NCBI GenBank assembly: GCA_963737265.1
Contig: CAVTRY010000022.1
Span: 96,001 to 160,000 of the forward strand
Direction: 5' to 3'
Source: an uncultured delta proteobacterium
GTDB taxonomy: Bacteria > Myxococcota_A > Polyangia > Fen-1088
Length of the DNA stretch: 64,000 nt
Shown: in pieces, positions 9,082-17,831 of the stretch
Position numbering within the stretch: the first letter of the stretch is position 1
Layout: each line of letters opens with the position of its first letter
Notes under the pieces: model-generated
What the model saw: the letters and a program-made list of their open reading frames with translations, nothing else
Database searches by the model: none
Told to the model about the DNA's origin: nothing
Program-made: the position numbers and the translations under genes

Positions 9082-10593
9082 ATGGCGATTTTCCCCAAGT
9101 CCTTTCCCTCTTCCCTGGCCCGATTGGCCAGTGACGCTCGTAACCCGCTGACCGTGGTCGGCTTCGGTCTCACCACGCTGTCAGGAATCGCGCTCGTCGT
9201 GTTCCTGATTCTTGAATCGATCGGCGTCATCGACAACCCGTACGTAGGCTTGCTCGGTCTGGCATTTCTCCCAGTCGTGTTCGTCACCGGTCTCGTTAGC
9301 ATGCCGGTTGGCATCCTGTTCCGCCGGCGCAGGCAGCGAAAGAGCGGCGCCTCGCCCGAAGAGAGCCCGGCCTACCCGAAGCTGGATTTCAACGATCCCC
9401 ACATTCGGCGAGTAGCGCTGGTCATCCTGTTTCTGACCGTGGTGAATGCGATCGTGCTATCGACCAGTACGGCGGCGGCGCTCAGTTTCATGGACTCGCC
9501 GAAGTTCTGCGGCACCGTCTGCCACACCGTGATGCGGCCCGAATACACCGCCTATCAGAATTCCCCCCACTCGCGGGTCAAGTGCGTCCAGTGCCACATC
9601 GGCCCGGGAGCCTCGTTCGCCGTGCGCTCGAAATTCGACGGCTTACGGCAGGTGTGGAAGGTTCTGCTCGGAAATTACGCGCGGCCGATCGCCTCGCCCG
9701 TTCACACGCTGCGCCCCGCGCGCGACACCTGCGAGGGCTGTCACTGGCCCGCCAAGCACTACGGCGACAAGCTGCGCCTCATCGCCCGATTCGCCGAAGA
9801 CGAAAAGAACACCGCCAGCTTCACCGCCCTGCTGCTGAAAACCGGCGGCGGCGCGGTCAACGCCGGACAGCAGCACGGCGGCATCCACTGGTGGCACATC
9901 TACGCCGATAATCGCATCCGCTACCTCGCCACCGACGCCCGCCGCCAGGAAATGGCGTGGGTCGAGCTGACCACGCCGGACGGCAAGCGGACAGAATTTG
10001 TCCGAGATGGCGTACAGGCGCCTTCGCCCGACAGCATTCGCACCTCGGCGCGGCTGATGGACTGCATCGACTGTCACAACCGGCCGACCCACCTGTTCGA
10101 AACGCCCGCCAAGGAGGTCGATTCGGTTTTGCAGCGGCAAGCGGAGCTGCGCGCCCTGCCGTTCTTCAAACGCGAGGCGGTCAAGGCTGCATCCGTCGCC
10201 TACACCACCCACGATCAGGGCGTCGCGGCCGTGCGAACCGCTCTCACCAACTTCTATGCCTCCACCTACCCCAAGCTTGTCGCAGACCAGGGCACTCTGG
10301 TGGCGCGCGGGGCCGAGGAAGCCGCGCGCGTCTACGACCGGACGGTGTTCCCCGAAATGAACACCAGCGCCAAGACTCACCCGACCAACATCGGCCACGA
10401 CGATTCCCCTGGCTGCTTTCGCTGCCACGACGGCAACATGAAAGATGCCAAGAGCGGGCAGGTGATCCCCAACGACTGCGACACGTGCCACGGCATTCTG
10501 GTCGACAGCAGCCCGACCGAGCCGGATCTGACCAAGCTTTCGATGTTGCAGCCCCCGGCCGAGCCGGCACCTGTGCCTGAAGCCAAACCGTGA
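9082..10593 (+). CDS. NapC/NirT-family membrane multiheme cytochrome c
   Basis: Three N-terminal TM helices; heme motifs CGTVCH, CVQCH, CEGCH, CIDCH, CFRCH, CDTCH. Confidence 0.88.
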   Translation: MAIFPKSFPSSLARLASDARNPLTVVGFGLTTLSGIALVVFLILESIGVIDNPYVGLLGLAFLPVVFVTGLVSMPVGILFRRRRQRKSGASPEESPAYPKLDFNDPHIRRVALVILFLTVVNAIVLSTSTAAALSFMDSPKFCGTVCHTVMRPEYTAYQNSPHSRVKCVQCHIGPGASFAVRSKFDGLRQVWKVLLGNYARPIASPVHTLRPARDTCEGCHWPAKHYGDKLRLIARFAEDEKNTASFTALLLKTGGGAVNAGQQHGGIHWWHIYADNRIRYLATDARRQEMAWVELTTPDGKRTEFVRDGVQAPSPDSIRTSARLMDCIDCHNRPTHLFETPAKEVDSVLQRQAELRALPFFKREAVKAASVAYTTHDQGVAAVRTALTNFYASTYPKLVADQGTLVARGAEEAARVYDRTVFPEMNTSAKTHPTNIGHDDSPGCFRCHDGNMKDAKSGQVIPNDCDTCHGILVDSSPTEPDLTKLSMLQPPAEPAPVPEAKP

Positions 10594-10646
10594 CTTGCGT
10601 CTAAAGAGACTTTTGCGGCTTGACCCGCTTCGAGCCAAGTCTCGGC

Positions 10647-11945
10647 TCAGCGGGATTCCGGCTCGTACAAGGCCAGGCCGCCTTCTGTTCCCACCCACAA
10701 GCCCGCGGCGCTGCTGGCGATTGCGTGGACGCAGGGATGGGGCAACGCCGGCAAGGCATGCGCGCCAGTTGCATCGAGGCTGGTGGCGCCGGACTGCGTG
10801 CCGACCCAAAGACCGCGCTCGCCGCGGCGGACGCGCAATAGCCAAGGATCCGAGATTTCTGCGACCGGTGTGCCTTTGCCGTGTTGGTCCACACGGACGA
10901 GGCCGTGGCGGAGGGTAGCGCCATAGACGCTGCCGTCTGGCAACGCCGCCACGTCGACCATCCAGCTCGTGGGCAGGCCGGCGGCTCTGTCGAAGATGTC
11001 GAATTTGCGGCCGTGCATGCGCAGGAGGCCCCGATCTTCGCTGGCCAGCCATACCTGGCCGTTCGCCACGTCGACCGCCTGCAAGGAATGGGTTCCGCCG
11101 GGCTGCCAGTACCCGCGCGGCAACCCGCGACGGCCGAGCGGGATCTTCCACAGTACGGCGGGGCTGGTGGCCCACAGGGTGTCGCCGTCCACGGCCAGGT
11201 CGTTGATGGCGCGGGTGTCGAAGAGAAAGACCGACTCGAAATGGCGGCCGTCGCGGGTGCGAAACAGTCCGGATGCGGTGGCCGCGAAAAGGCCGTGCGT
11301 GGTGCTGGCCAAGGCATTCACCATGCGAAAGGGTGCGGACACGTTGAAGAACGCCCGGCCGTCGAAGCGACAGAGTCCTTCGTCGAAGGTGCCGAGCCAC
11401 GTTTGATTAGCGAATTCCGCGATGGCCGTAACGTGGTTACCGCACAGTTGCTCTTCCGGAGTCAGGCGGCGGGCGCGGGCGCCGGCGAGCCACACGCCCT
11501 GTCCCGCGGTACCGACCAAGCGGCGTGGTCCAAGCTGCAGCTCGGCGGTGATGCGGGCGCCTTGGAACAACCGTGGCATCGCGGGCGCCGCAGGCTCGAT
11601 GGCAGCGCCAGGCGCGCATTGAAAAGAACCATTCCGTAGCATGCAGCGTGCGTCCGCCAGCACGGCCACGACCGCGCCCTCGACGACCCGCACGTCGTGG
11701 ATGGCGGTGGTGGGCAAACCATCGTTGGTCGTGTAGACGCGGCGGCGTTGCCATGTGCGTAGGTCATATTCCTCGACTCCGCCCCGGGTGGCCACCCACA
11801 ACGCCGACGTCGTGGCGGCCAGACCCTCGACGTATTCCGTGTTGGTAAAGACGGTGGGTTTGGCAGATGCCGCGTCGGCGCCCCACGCGCTCTGGGAGGA
11901 GACCGCCGCTGCAAGCAGCACGCTGAGGCGAAAGAGCAACATCAC
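10647..11945 (-). CDS. Secreted beta-propeller protein (two-component regulator propeller-like repeats)
   Basis: Signal peptide; repeated LWVAT/LWVGTxGGL and DGLP motifs; overlaps the stop of the VIT-VWA gene. Confidence 0.75.
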   Translation of the reverse strand: MMLLFRLSVLLAAAVSSQSAWGADAASAKPTVFTNTEYVEGLAATTSALWVATRGGVEEYDLRTWQRRRVYTTNDGLPTTAIHDVRVVEGAVVAVLADARCMLRNGSFQCAPGAAIEPAAPAMPRLFQGARITAELQLGPRRLVGTAGQGVWLAGARARRLTPEEQLCGNHVTAIAEFANQTWLGTFDEGLCRFDGRAFFNVSAPFRMVNALASTTHGLFAATASGLFRTRDGRHFESVFLFDTRAINDLAVDGDTLWATSPAVLWKIPLGRRGLPRGYWQPGGTHSLQAVDVANGQVWLASEDRGLLRMHGRKFDIFDRAAGLPTSWMVDVAALPDGSVYGATLRHGLVRVDQHGKGTPVAEISDPWLLRVRRGERGLWVGTQSGATSLDATGAHALPALPHPCVHAIASSAAGLWVGTEGGLALYEPESR

Positions 11946-14368
11946 TGCACCTTCACCGCGACCAGCTCGTCGGCTTCGTTGCGGGCCTCGTCGGCGGCGA
12001 CCACGCGCAGCTGGTAGGTTCCAGCAGACAGTCCAAGCGTGCCAGTAAAGACGCGGCCGTCGGCGCTTCGGTCGAGGTAGATGCGCACAGCCGGCTGGTC
12101 GGCGCGAACAACGGCCACCTCGCGCAGCGGCTCCCTGCTCACCACCTCGACGGTGACGCCACCGGCGGTTGGGCTGGCATGGGTTTCGAAGTCGGGTGCC
12201 TGGCTGTCGATGCGGTAGCTGGCCATGCGTCGCTCCACGGTTCCGTCCTTGAGAAGAATCACCACCGGCACCTGGTAGTCGCCATCAGCTACCGTGTTCG
12301 GCACCAGGAATCGCGTCTGCCACAGCTCGCGTGCGGGATCGTAGGTCAGATCCTTGACTAGGCCGAAGGGAAAGTACGCCGTCACCTTGAGCGCGTCGCC
12401 GGGAGCGGTCGCGGTGAGCAGTGGATCGCCTGGCGGCATCGATGAACGCGAGAGTTGCACTTCGGAGCCCACAGCTAGGTTCGACACGCCTTCGGGCAAA
12501 GGCAGAGGCTGGTTGCTGGTTGCGAGATAGCCGGTGGTGTTGGCCACGACGTGATCGATGGCGACAAACGACGTTTCTCGGGTCAAAAGGCCGTAGCGCA
12601 CACCGAGCGCGCCAAGCTTTTCGGCCAGCCCGTCGTTCGGGCCGAACGCGAGCTCGTCCTCGATCCACTCGGCCTGCTTGCGCGCCCACAGCTTCACTAG
12701 GGCGGCGTTATCGTTGTGGGCCAGCTCCGGCTTGACCGCGACCGTGCTCTGCCAAGGACCCGCGCCGTTTCGCCCCTTCACCGTGATGCTGCCCACGGGC
12801 TGGCCACGGTATTTGCCGAACACAATCAAGGGCCGGCTAGCCATGAGGTCGGGGATTGCCGACGGCAACACCTCGTAGGCGTCGAAGCCGCGGAACGCAA
12901 CCTGGATGTTCGTCAGCACCGGGCTTTCGATGTACTTGCGGAAGCGCTCGGCCACCGCAGCGGCTTGGTCGGGCTTGCTGACCACGAAGGGCTCGCCGAA
13001 TCCGGCGCGGGACATGCCTTCCATGAGCGCGCGATTGACCGAGCTGCCGATGCCGAAGGCGAAAAGATTGGCGTCGGCTAGGTGTTCGCGCACGAAACCA
13101 AAGGCTTGGGTCTCGACGCCCACGTAGCCATCGGTGACCAGCACGACCGAACGGGAAAACGCCGCGCTCGTGCGCGGCACGGCGTAGGCTGCCTGCAAAC
13201 CACCCATCAGCTCGGTACCGCCGCCGCCCTGCTGGCGCGCGAGCAGGGCCAACATCTCGTCGAGATTCTCCTGCGTCGCAGGCACCGACCTCGGCCACAG
13301 GGTTTTCGACGCCCCGGCAAAGAGAACGAGGTCGAAGGTATCCGTCGGGCGCAGGCCCTTGGCGAGATCGCGCAGCAACGCCTTCGAGGTTTCGAGGGGA
13401 AAGCCGAACATCGAACCCGACACGTCGACGAGAAAGACATACTCGCGCGGCGGCAAGTCTGCGGCGCTCACCCGCGCTGGCGGCTCCATCATCAGGGCAA
13501 AGTGTCCCTCGCCATTCGCGCCTGGCGCCGTCGGGGGCGACAGCAGCAGACCGGTCTGCACCTCGCCGCCTGCTAGTTTGTAGCGCAGGATGAAGTCTTT
13601 GGTGCCTCCGCCGGGATTCTTGAGTCGCACGTCGGCGTCGCTTGGTCCTGACCTGCTCACGACGATCTCGTGCGAGGGCGACGAGATCTCCTGAAGCGCG
13701 ACGCCGGTGCGCAAATGCGCGGTCACGCTGTAGGCGTAGGTTTCCGGGGTGCCTTCCTTTAGGTACGGCGTGGCCATCCAGCCGTCTTTCTTGGCGTCGG
13801 CCCCGCCGGTGCAGCGCGGACCCACCACCGCCGGCAAGGTCAGCTCGTACATCGACGACTCTGGCACAAGCAACTCGGAATAGTCGAGCTCCACGGCGAT
13901 GTGGTCGCCCGGCATGATGTTGGCCACGCTCATACTGAAGACGTTGGGCCGGTGCTGCTCGAGCAGCGAAGCTCGCTTACCTTCCTTGTTGGCCGCCTCG
14001 TAGTCTTCGCGCGCCTTTTTCTTGCGGTCGATACGTGCCTCAATCACGCGATTACCGATGCGCATGCGCATGCCGTGTACGGCTGCGCGGGTCGAAGCCG
14101 GAAATACATAGACCGCCTCGATGGGCTTACTGGCGTGGTTTTCAAAGACCTGATTCACCTTCACCGCCGCGATAGCGCCGGTGATGCGCAGGTCGGCGGA
14201 AAGGCTCCTAAGCGGCAGGCGATCGGTGTCTGGGTCGCCGCCAGCGACGTAGAAGTAGGGCGAGATCGCTTTCGTGGCGGCGGCGTCTTCACCGGAATCA
14301 CCCGACTGGGCACGGGCGTTGCTTGCGGCGGACAAGCTAATCAGAATGGCCAGACTCTTTTTCAACAT
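11942..14368 (-). CDS. Secreted VIT (vault inter-alpha-trypsin) + VWA domain protein
   Basis: Signal peptide; PIEAVYVFP and GKRASLLEQ (VIT); VDVSGSM, GGGGTEL, VTDG (VWA). Confidence 0.92.
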   Translation of the reverse strand: MLKKSLAILISLSAASNARAQSGDSGEDAAATKAISPYFYVAGGDPDTDRLPLRSLSADLRITGAIAAVKVNQVFENHASKPIEAVYVFPASTRAAVHGMRMRIGNRVIEARIDRKKKAREDYEAANKEGKRASLLEQHRPNVFSMSVANIMPGDHIAVELDYSELLVPESSMYELTLPAVVGPRCTGGADAKKDGWMATPYLKEGTPETYAYSVTAHLRTGVALQEISSPSHEIVVSRSGPSDADVRLKNPGGGTKDFILRYKLAGGEVQTGLLLSPPTAPGANGEGHFALMMEPPARVSAADLPPREYVFLVDVSGSMFGFPLETSKALLRDLAKGLRPTDTFDLVLFAGASKTLWPRSVPATQENLDEMLALLARQQGGGGTELMGGLQAAYAVPRTSAAFSRSVVLVTDGYVGVETQAFGFVREHLADANLFAFGIGSSVNRALMEGMSRAGFGEPFVVSKPDQAAAVAERFRKYIESPVLTNIQVAFRGFDAYEVLPSAIPDLMASRPLIVFGKYRGQPVGSITVKGRNGAGPWQSTVAVKPELAHNDNAALVKLWARKQAEWIEDELAFGPNDGLAEKLGALGVRYGLLTRETSFVAIDHVVANTTGYLATSNQPLPLPEGVSNLAVGSEVQLSRSSMPPGDPLLTATAPGDALKVTAYFPFGLVKDLTYDPARELWQTRFLVPNTVADGDYQVPVVILLKDGTVERRMASYRIDSQAPDFETHASPTAGGVTVEVVSREPLREVAVVRADQPAVRIYLDRSADGRVFTGTLGLSAGTYQLRVVAADEARNEADELVAVKVQ

Positions 14369-14396
14369 CGCGGATCCTCCTTGCAGAGTCCGTCAT

Positions 14397-14412
14397 TGCA
14401 GGGGCGATGCCA
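14397..14412 (-). promoter_or_regulatory. Sigma-54 -24/-12 promoter of the VIT-VWA operon
   Basis: TGGCATCGCCCCTGCA has exact GG-N10-GC spacing, 28 bp upstream of the ATG. Confidence 0.7.
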
Positions 14413-14472
14413 GCGCGGGTGTCGGCGGAAAGTCGAGAGATTGGGCCGAGGCGAGTCCGACTCTTGCGATAT

Positions 14473-14502
14473 TCTACGTATAGAAATATAGAAAATATAG
14501 AA
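14473..14502 (-). promoter_or_regulatory. AT-rich candidate enhancer (UAS) site
   Basis: TTCTATATTTTCTATATTTCTATACGTAGA; 20/30 identical, ungapped, to 19891-19920. Confidence 0.55.
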
Positions 14503-14517
14503 ATGACTCCAGCTCGG

Positions 14518-14961
14518 CTACGCCACCATCTCGCGAATTTGGCGCGCAATCTCAGGCAGACTGATGCCGCTCGAAAGGATGCGCAACGGCGCGAGCGTGG
14601 TCTCAAGGTAGGCGAGCTGGCCGGAATCGTCGAGGTCGGCGAAGAGCAGAGCGGGCAAGGCGCAGCCGAGGCCGCGCAAGGCACGCAGAATCAGGATGCC
14701 CTGCATCTCGGCCAGCCGCTTGCGTTCGTCGTCGGTCAGCGCGACTTGCGTCTTGCCGTTTTCGTCGACGAGGTCGAAGGTGCTGGTGCGACGAAAGTCG
14801 AGGTCAAGCAGCAGTCCACGACTGCCGTCCAAAAGCTTGAGCCGGACCTCGGCCAGGCAAGCCGCACGCGCAAATTGGATTTCCTGCCCGAGAAAACGAC
14901 GGAATCGCTCGCTGTACTCGTGTCCGTCTTCGATGACGAGGATCCTAGGCAGCAAGGTCAC
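14518..14961 (-). CDS. Stand-alone atypical response-regulator receiver
   Basis: ILVIED, LLLDLDF, QGILILRALR; GTG start overlaps the upstream TGA. Confidence 0.7.
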   Translation of the reverse strand: MTLLPRILVIEDGHEYSERFRRFLGQEIQFARAACLAEVRLKLLDGSRGLLLDLDFRRTSTFDLVDENGKTQVALTDDERKRLAEMQGILILRALRGLGCALPALLFADLDDSGQLAYLETTLAPLRILSSGISLPEIARQIREMVA

Positions 14962-17831
14962 GGCTTGCTCTCCGCCGCCACGGGGAAGACGACGCCAATG
15001 GACTTGCACAGCGGGGCGGGTTCCGGCCGGACCACGAGATGCCCGCCCCAGCGGCGAGTGGTGTCGCGTACGATGCCGAGCCCGCGCTGCCCATCGCGTG
15101 CTTCGATATCAGCCAAAGACACGGCTACCGGGGCGGAATCGGCAACGAGCACGGAAACCAAGCGGCGGCCGGTGACGTCACGGCCGCTCTCCACGCGCAG
15201 TTGAAGACGCGCATCGGGCCGGCCCGCCACCGCTGCGGCGGCATTGCGCAGAAGGTTGACGACTGTAGTAGCCAGGGCAGATTCGGGCACTGGCACGGCA
15301 ACGTCGTACGCGTCGACGAGAACAGCGGGTCTCGTCCACCCGCCTTTGCCGATCTCGGTTTCTACCATCTCGATGAAGCGCAGGAGCCGCCCGGGATCAA
15401 TCTCCGTGCGCGGACCCGCGGTAAGGAGTGCCTGCAACTTGGGCGCGTGTTCCTCGCGGAAAATGGCATCGAAGGCGCGCAGTTTTTCGTCCCGGTTTTT
15501 CTCGCTCACGAGTTTTTCCACGTTCTCGAAATCCCGGTGCAAGGGCCCCAGCACGGGTTCGCGCCGCAAGGGCCGCAGCACCAGCCCGAGCGAGCGCGCG
15601 TGGTCGGCCAGGCGCTGGTAGAGGGTCTCAAGCGCTTGGGAGAGCTTGCTGGGTTCGAGGAAGGTTCGCACGACCGAATCGCGCGCATTCGCCGTCCCGA
15701 TCATGCCGAGGCTGCTGGCGCGATGTTTGAGTAGATCGTGGCGAATTTCAGCCACGGAGCGCGCCAGCTCGGGGAAGAAGTCGGGCTTGCGTCGTACGGC
15801 GCGCGCGAGGCTGCTGCCGCGAAGGCGGGCGCGCAAGAACGCGACAAGCACGACGGCCGCGGCGAAAAGCCCTAGCCACCCGATGCGCGCGGTCCGAGCC
15901 GCTGCGCGCGCCCGCTCGCTTTCGGCGGCGGCGCCGAGCTCAGCGACCAATCGTTCGGCGACGCCGCGGTAGGGATCGTCGCTATCGGCCTCGGCGAGAA
16001 ATGCGCGCGCCAGTCCAAGCGCTGCATCTGGTTGCCCGCGCTCTCGCTCGATTCTTGCCAGCGCCCAAGCAGCGAGCGGCAGCCCCGCGCGACGCGCCTG
16101 GCGCAGATAGGATTCAAGCGCGACCGATTCCGCCTGGGGAAGACGGGCCGCGAGGAGCGCCAAGCGAGCAAGGGCCGCCCGCTCTTGGCCGGCCTGCGCT
16201 GCCCCGACCGCCTGACGATAGCAGATCGTGGCGCCCACTCGGTCACCTTGGTATTCCCGCACGCGCCCCAATTCGACGAGATACGCCGACGGCAAGTCGG
16301 CGCGACAGGGGCCGCCTAGAATCTGCTCCGCAGCCTCGGGCTGGTCCGCGAGCACCAAGCGTCGCGCATGCTGTATGGGATCCGTTTGCTGGCCAGCGAG
16401 CGTGGAGCGCAATGCGCGCGCCTCGGCTAGGTGCGGTGGATCCGAGCGGGTGGTGACGTAGACCTGCAGGTCGGCGAGAGCGCCACCCTTGTCGCCAGTG
16501 CGGCTGCGCAGGAGTGCGCGCGCGTAGCGCGCCTCGGACGCACCTCGTTCGATGGCGCGATCCAGCCACGGTAGAACCATGGCTTGGATGGTGCCATCGG
16601 CGCGCTGGCCGAGCACGAGTTCGGACAAATGGGCCAGCGAAGGTCCGTCGGACCACAGCGCCTTCACCGTCGCGCTCGGCACCTTACCGGTCAGACTGAA
16701 ATTCGCCGCAGCCGCCTCGACGAAAGCGGGCGACTCGGCCAGCGCCTGCGACAGAAGGGGCAGAGCCAGCTCGGGCGCATCGTCGTCGATCCAGCGCTGG
16801 GCTTCTTGGAAGAGCTCGCGCGCCTTCCCCGTCGGCGCCGGTGACGAAGGCGCGGCCGGCTGCCCCGCCTCGACCTGGTGGCGCAAGGCGAGTTTGCGTC
16901 GCAGCTCGCGCAGCTCATCCCACGCGGGTTCGAGGGCCAGGGCTCGGCGCAAAGCGAGGTCGGCACGCCCGGCTTCGAGGGCGCCGCCGTGCTCGGCCAG
17001 AATGGTGCCGAGGAGGCGCCACGCCTCGCCGTGCGAGGGACGAAACTGCAACAATAGTGACAGCTCCGCCTCGGCCCCGTCGAAACGACCATCCTGCGCC
17101 AGGGCGCGAGCGCGCAGGAAACGAGCCTGGCCGCAGCCGGGCTTGCCGGCGAGGAGAGTAGCAGTGCGTTCGAGCACGAGGCGAACGTCACCCTGACGCA
17201 AGGCAAGCTGGGCGCGTGCTAACGACTGGCGCTCGCCGTCGGAAAGCAGCGGCTCGGGCCAGTCTTCGAGCGCGAGCGCCGCTTCGTCGGCTGCGATGGC
17301 ATCGACCATATCGTGCAGTCGAGCGGGCTGTGGTCCAGGAAGCGCCAGGAGAGGTTGCAGCCTTGCGCGCGCGGCAGCGAGACGGCCCAGGCTCCGTTCG
17401 AGGTTGGCCAGAGCCATCGTGATCGCCGCCTGGCCGCGCTCGTTGCCCTTGACGTCGCCGAACCCGCGTTCGAGGCGCGCGACGATCTCATTGCCACGCT
17501 GAAATCGATCGGGAGATTGCGCGAGAAGGTCTGCGAGATTGACGTAGGCATAGAATCGATGGGGATCGAGATCCATCGCGCGTCGCAAATATAGCTCCGC
17601 CTCGCGTGGTTTTCCTTGCTTGCCAAGTGCAAAGCCGAGGTCGGTGGCGATGGCCGCGCTGGTCGGTCGTTTGGCCAAAGCGACTCGCAACTCGGCCACG
17701 GCGCCATCGAGATCCCCGCGCCGCAATTTGCCGAGTCCAGCATCGACGAAGGTCTGCGGCGCGAGTGCGGTACCTCCGTCCTGGGCAAACGCCGCGGATC
17801 CGGCCAACAACAGCAGGACGGCGCTTCTCAC
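14958..17831 (-). CDS. Periplasmic TPR sensor with degenerate histidine-kinase-like C-terminus
   Basis: Signal peptide, many TPRs, one TM helix, EIRHDLLKH (H-box), NLLRNA (N-box), VADSAP and RGLGIV (degenerate G boxes). True start is probably the GTG at 17831. Confidence 0.75.
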   Translation of the reverse strand: MRSAVLLLLAGSAAFAQDGGTALAPQTFVDAGLGKLRRGDLDGAVAELRVALAKRPTSAAIATDLGFALGKQGKPREAELYLRRAMDLDPHRFYAYVNLADLLAQSPDRFQRGNEIVARLERGFGDVKGNERGQAAITMALANLERSLGRLAAARARLQPLLALPGPQPARLHDMVDAIAADEAALALEDWPEPLLSDGERQSLARAQLALRQGDVRLVLERTATLLAGKPGCGQARFLRARALAQDGRFDGAEAELSLLLQFRPSHGEAWRLLGTILAEHGGALEAGRADLALRRALALEPAWDELRELRRKLALRHQVEAGQPAAPSSPAPTGKARELFQEAQRWIDDDAPELALPLLSQALAESPAFVEAAAANFSLTGKVPSATVKALWSDGPSLAHLSELVLGQRADGTIQAMVLPWLDRAIERGASEARYARALLRSRTGDKGGALADLQVYVTTRSDPPHLAEARALRSTLAGQQTDPIQHARRLVLADQPEAAEQILGGPCRADLPSAYLVELGRVREYQGDRVGATICYRQAVGAAQAGQERAALARLALLAARLPQAESVALESYLRQARRAGLPLAAWALARIERERGQPDAALGLARAFLAEADSDDPYRGVAERLVAELGAAAESERARAAARTARIGWLGLFAAAVVLVAFLRARLRGSSLARAVRRKPDFFPELARSVAEIRHDLLKHRASSLGMIGTANARDSVVRTFLEPSKLSQALETLYQRLADHARSLGLVLRPLRREPVLGPLHRDFENVEKLVSEKNRDEKLRAFDAIFREEHAPKLQALLTAGPRTEIDPGRLLRFIEMVETEIGKGGWTRPAVLVDAYDVAVPVPESALATTVVNLLRNAAAAVAGRPDARLQLRVESGRDVTGRRLVSVLVADSAPVAVSLADIEARDGQRGLGIVRDTTRRWGGHLVVRPEPAPLCKSIGVVFPVAAESKP

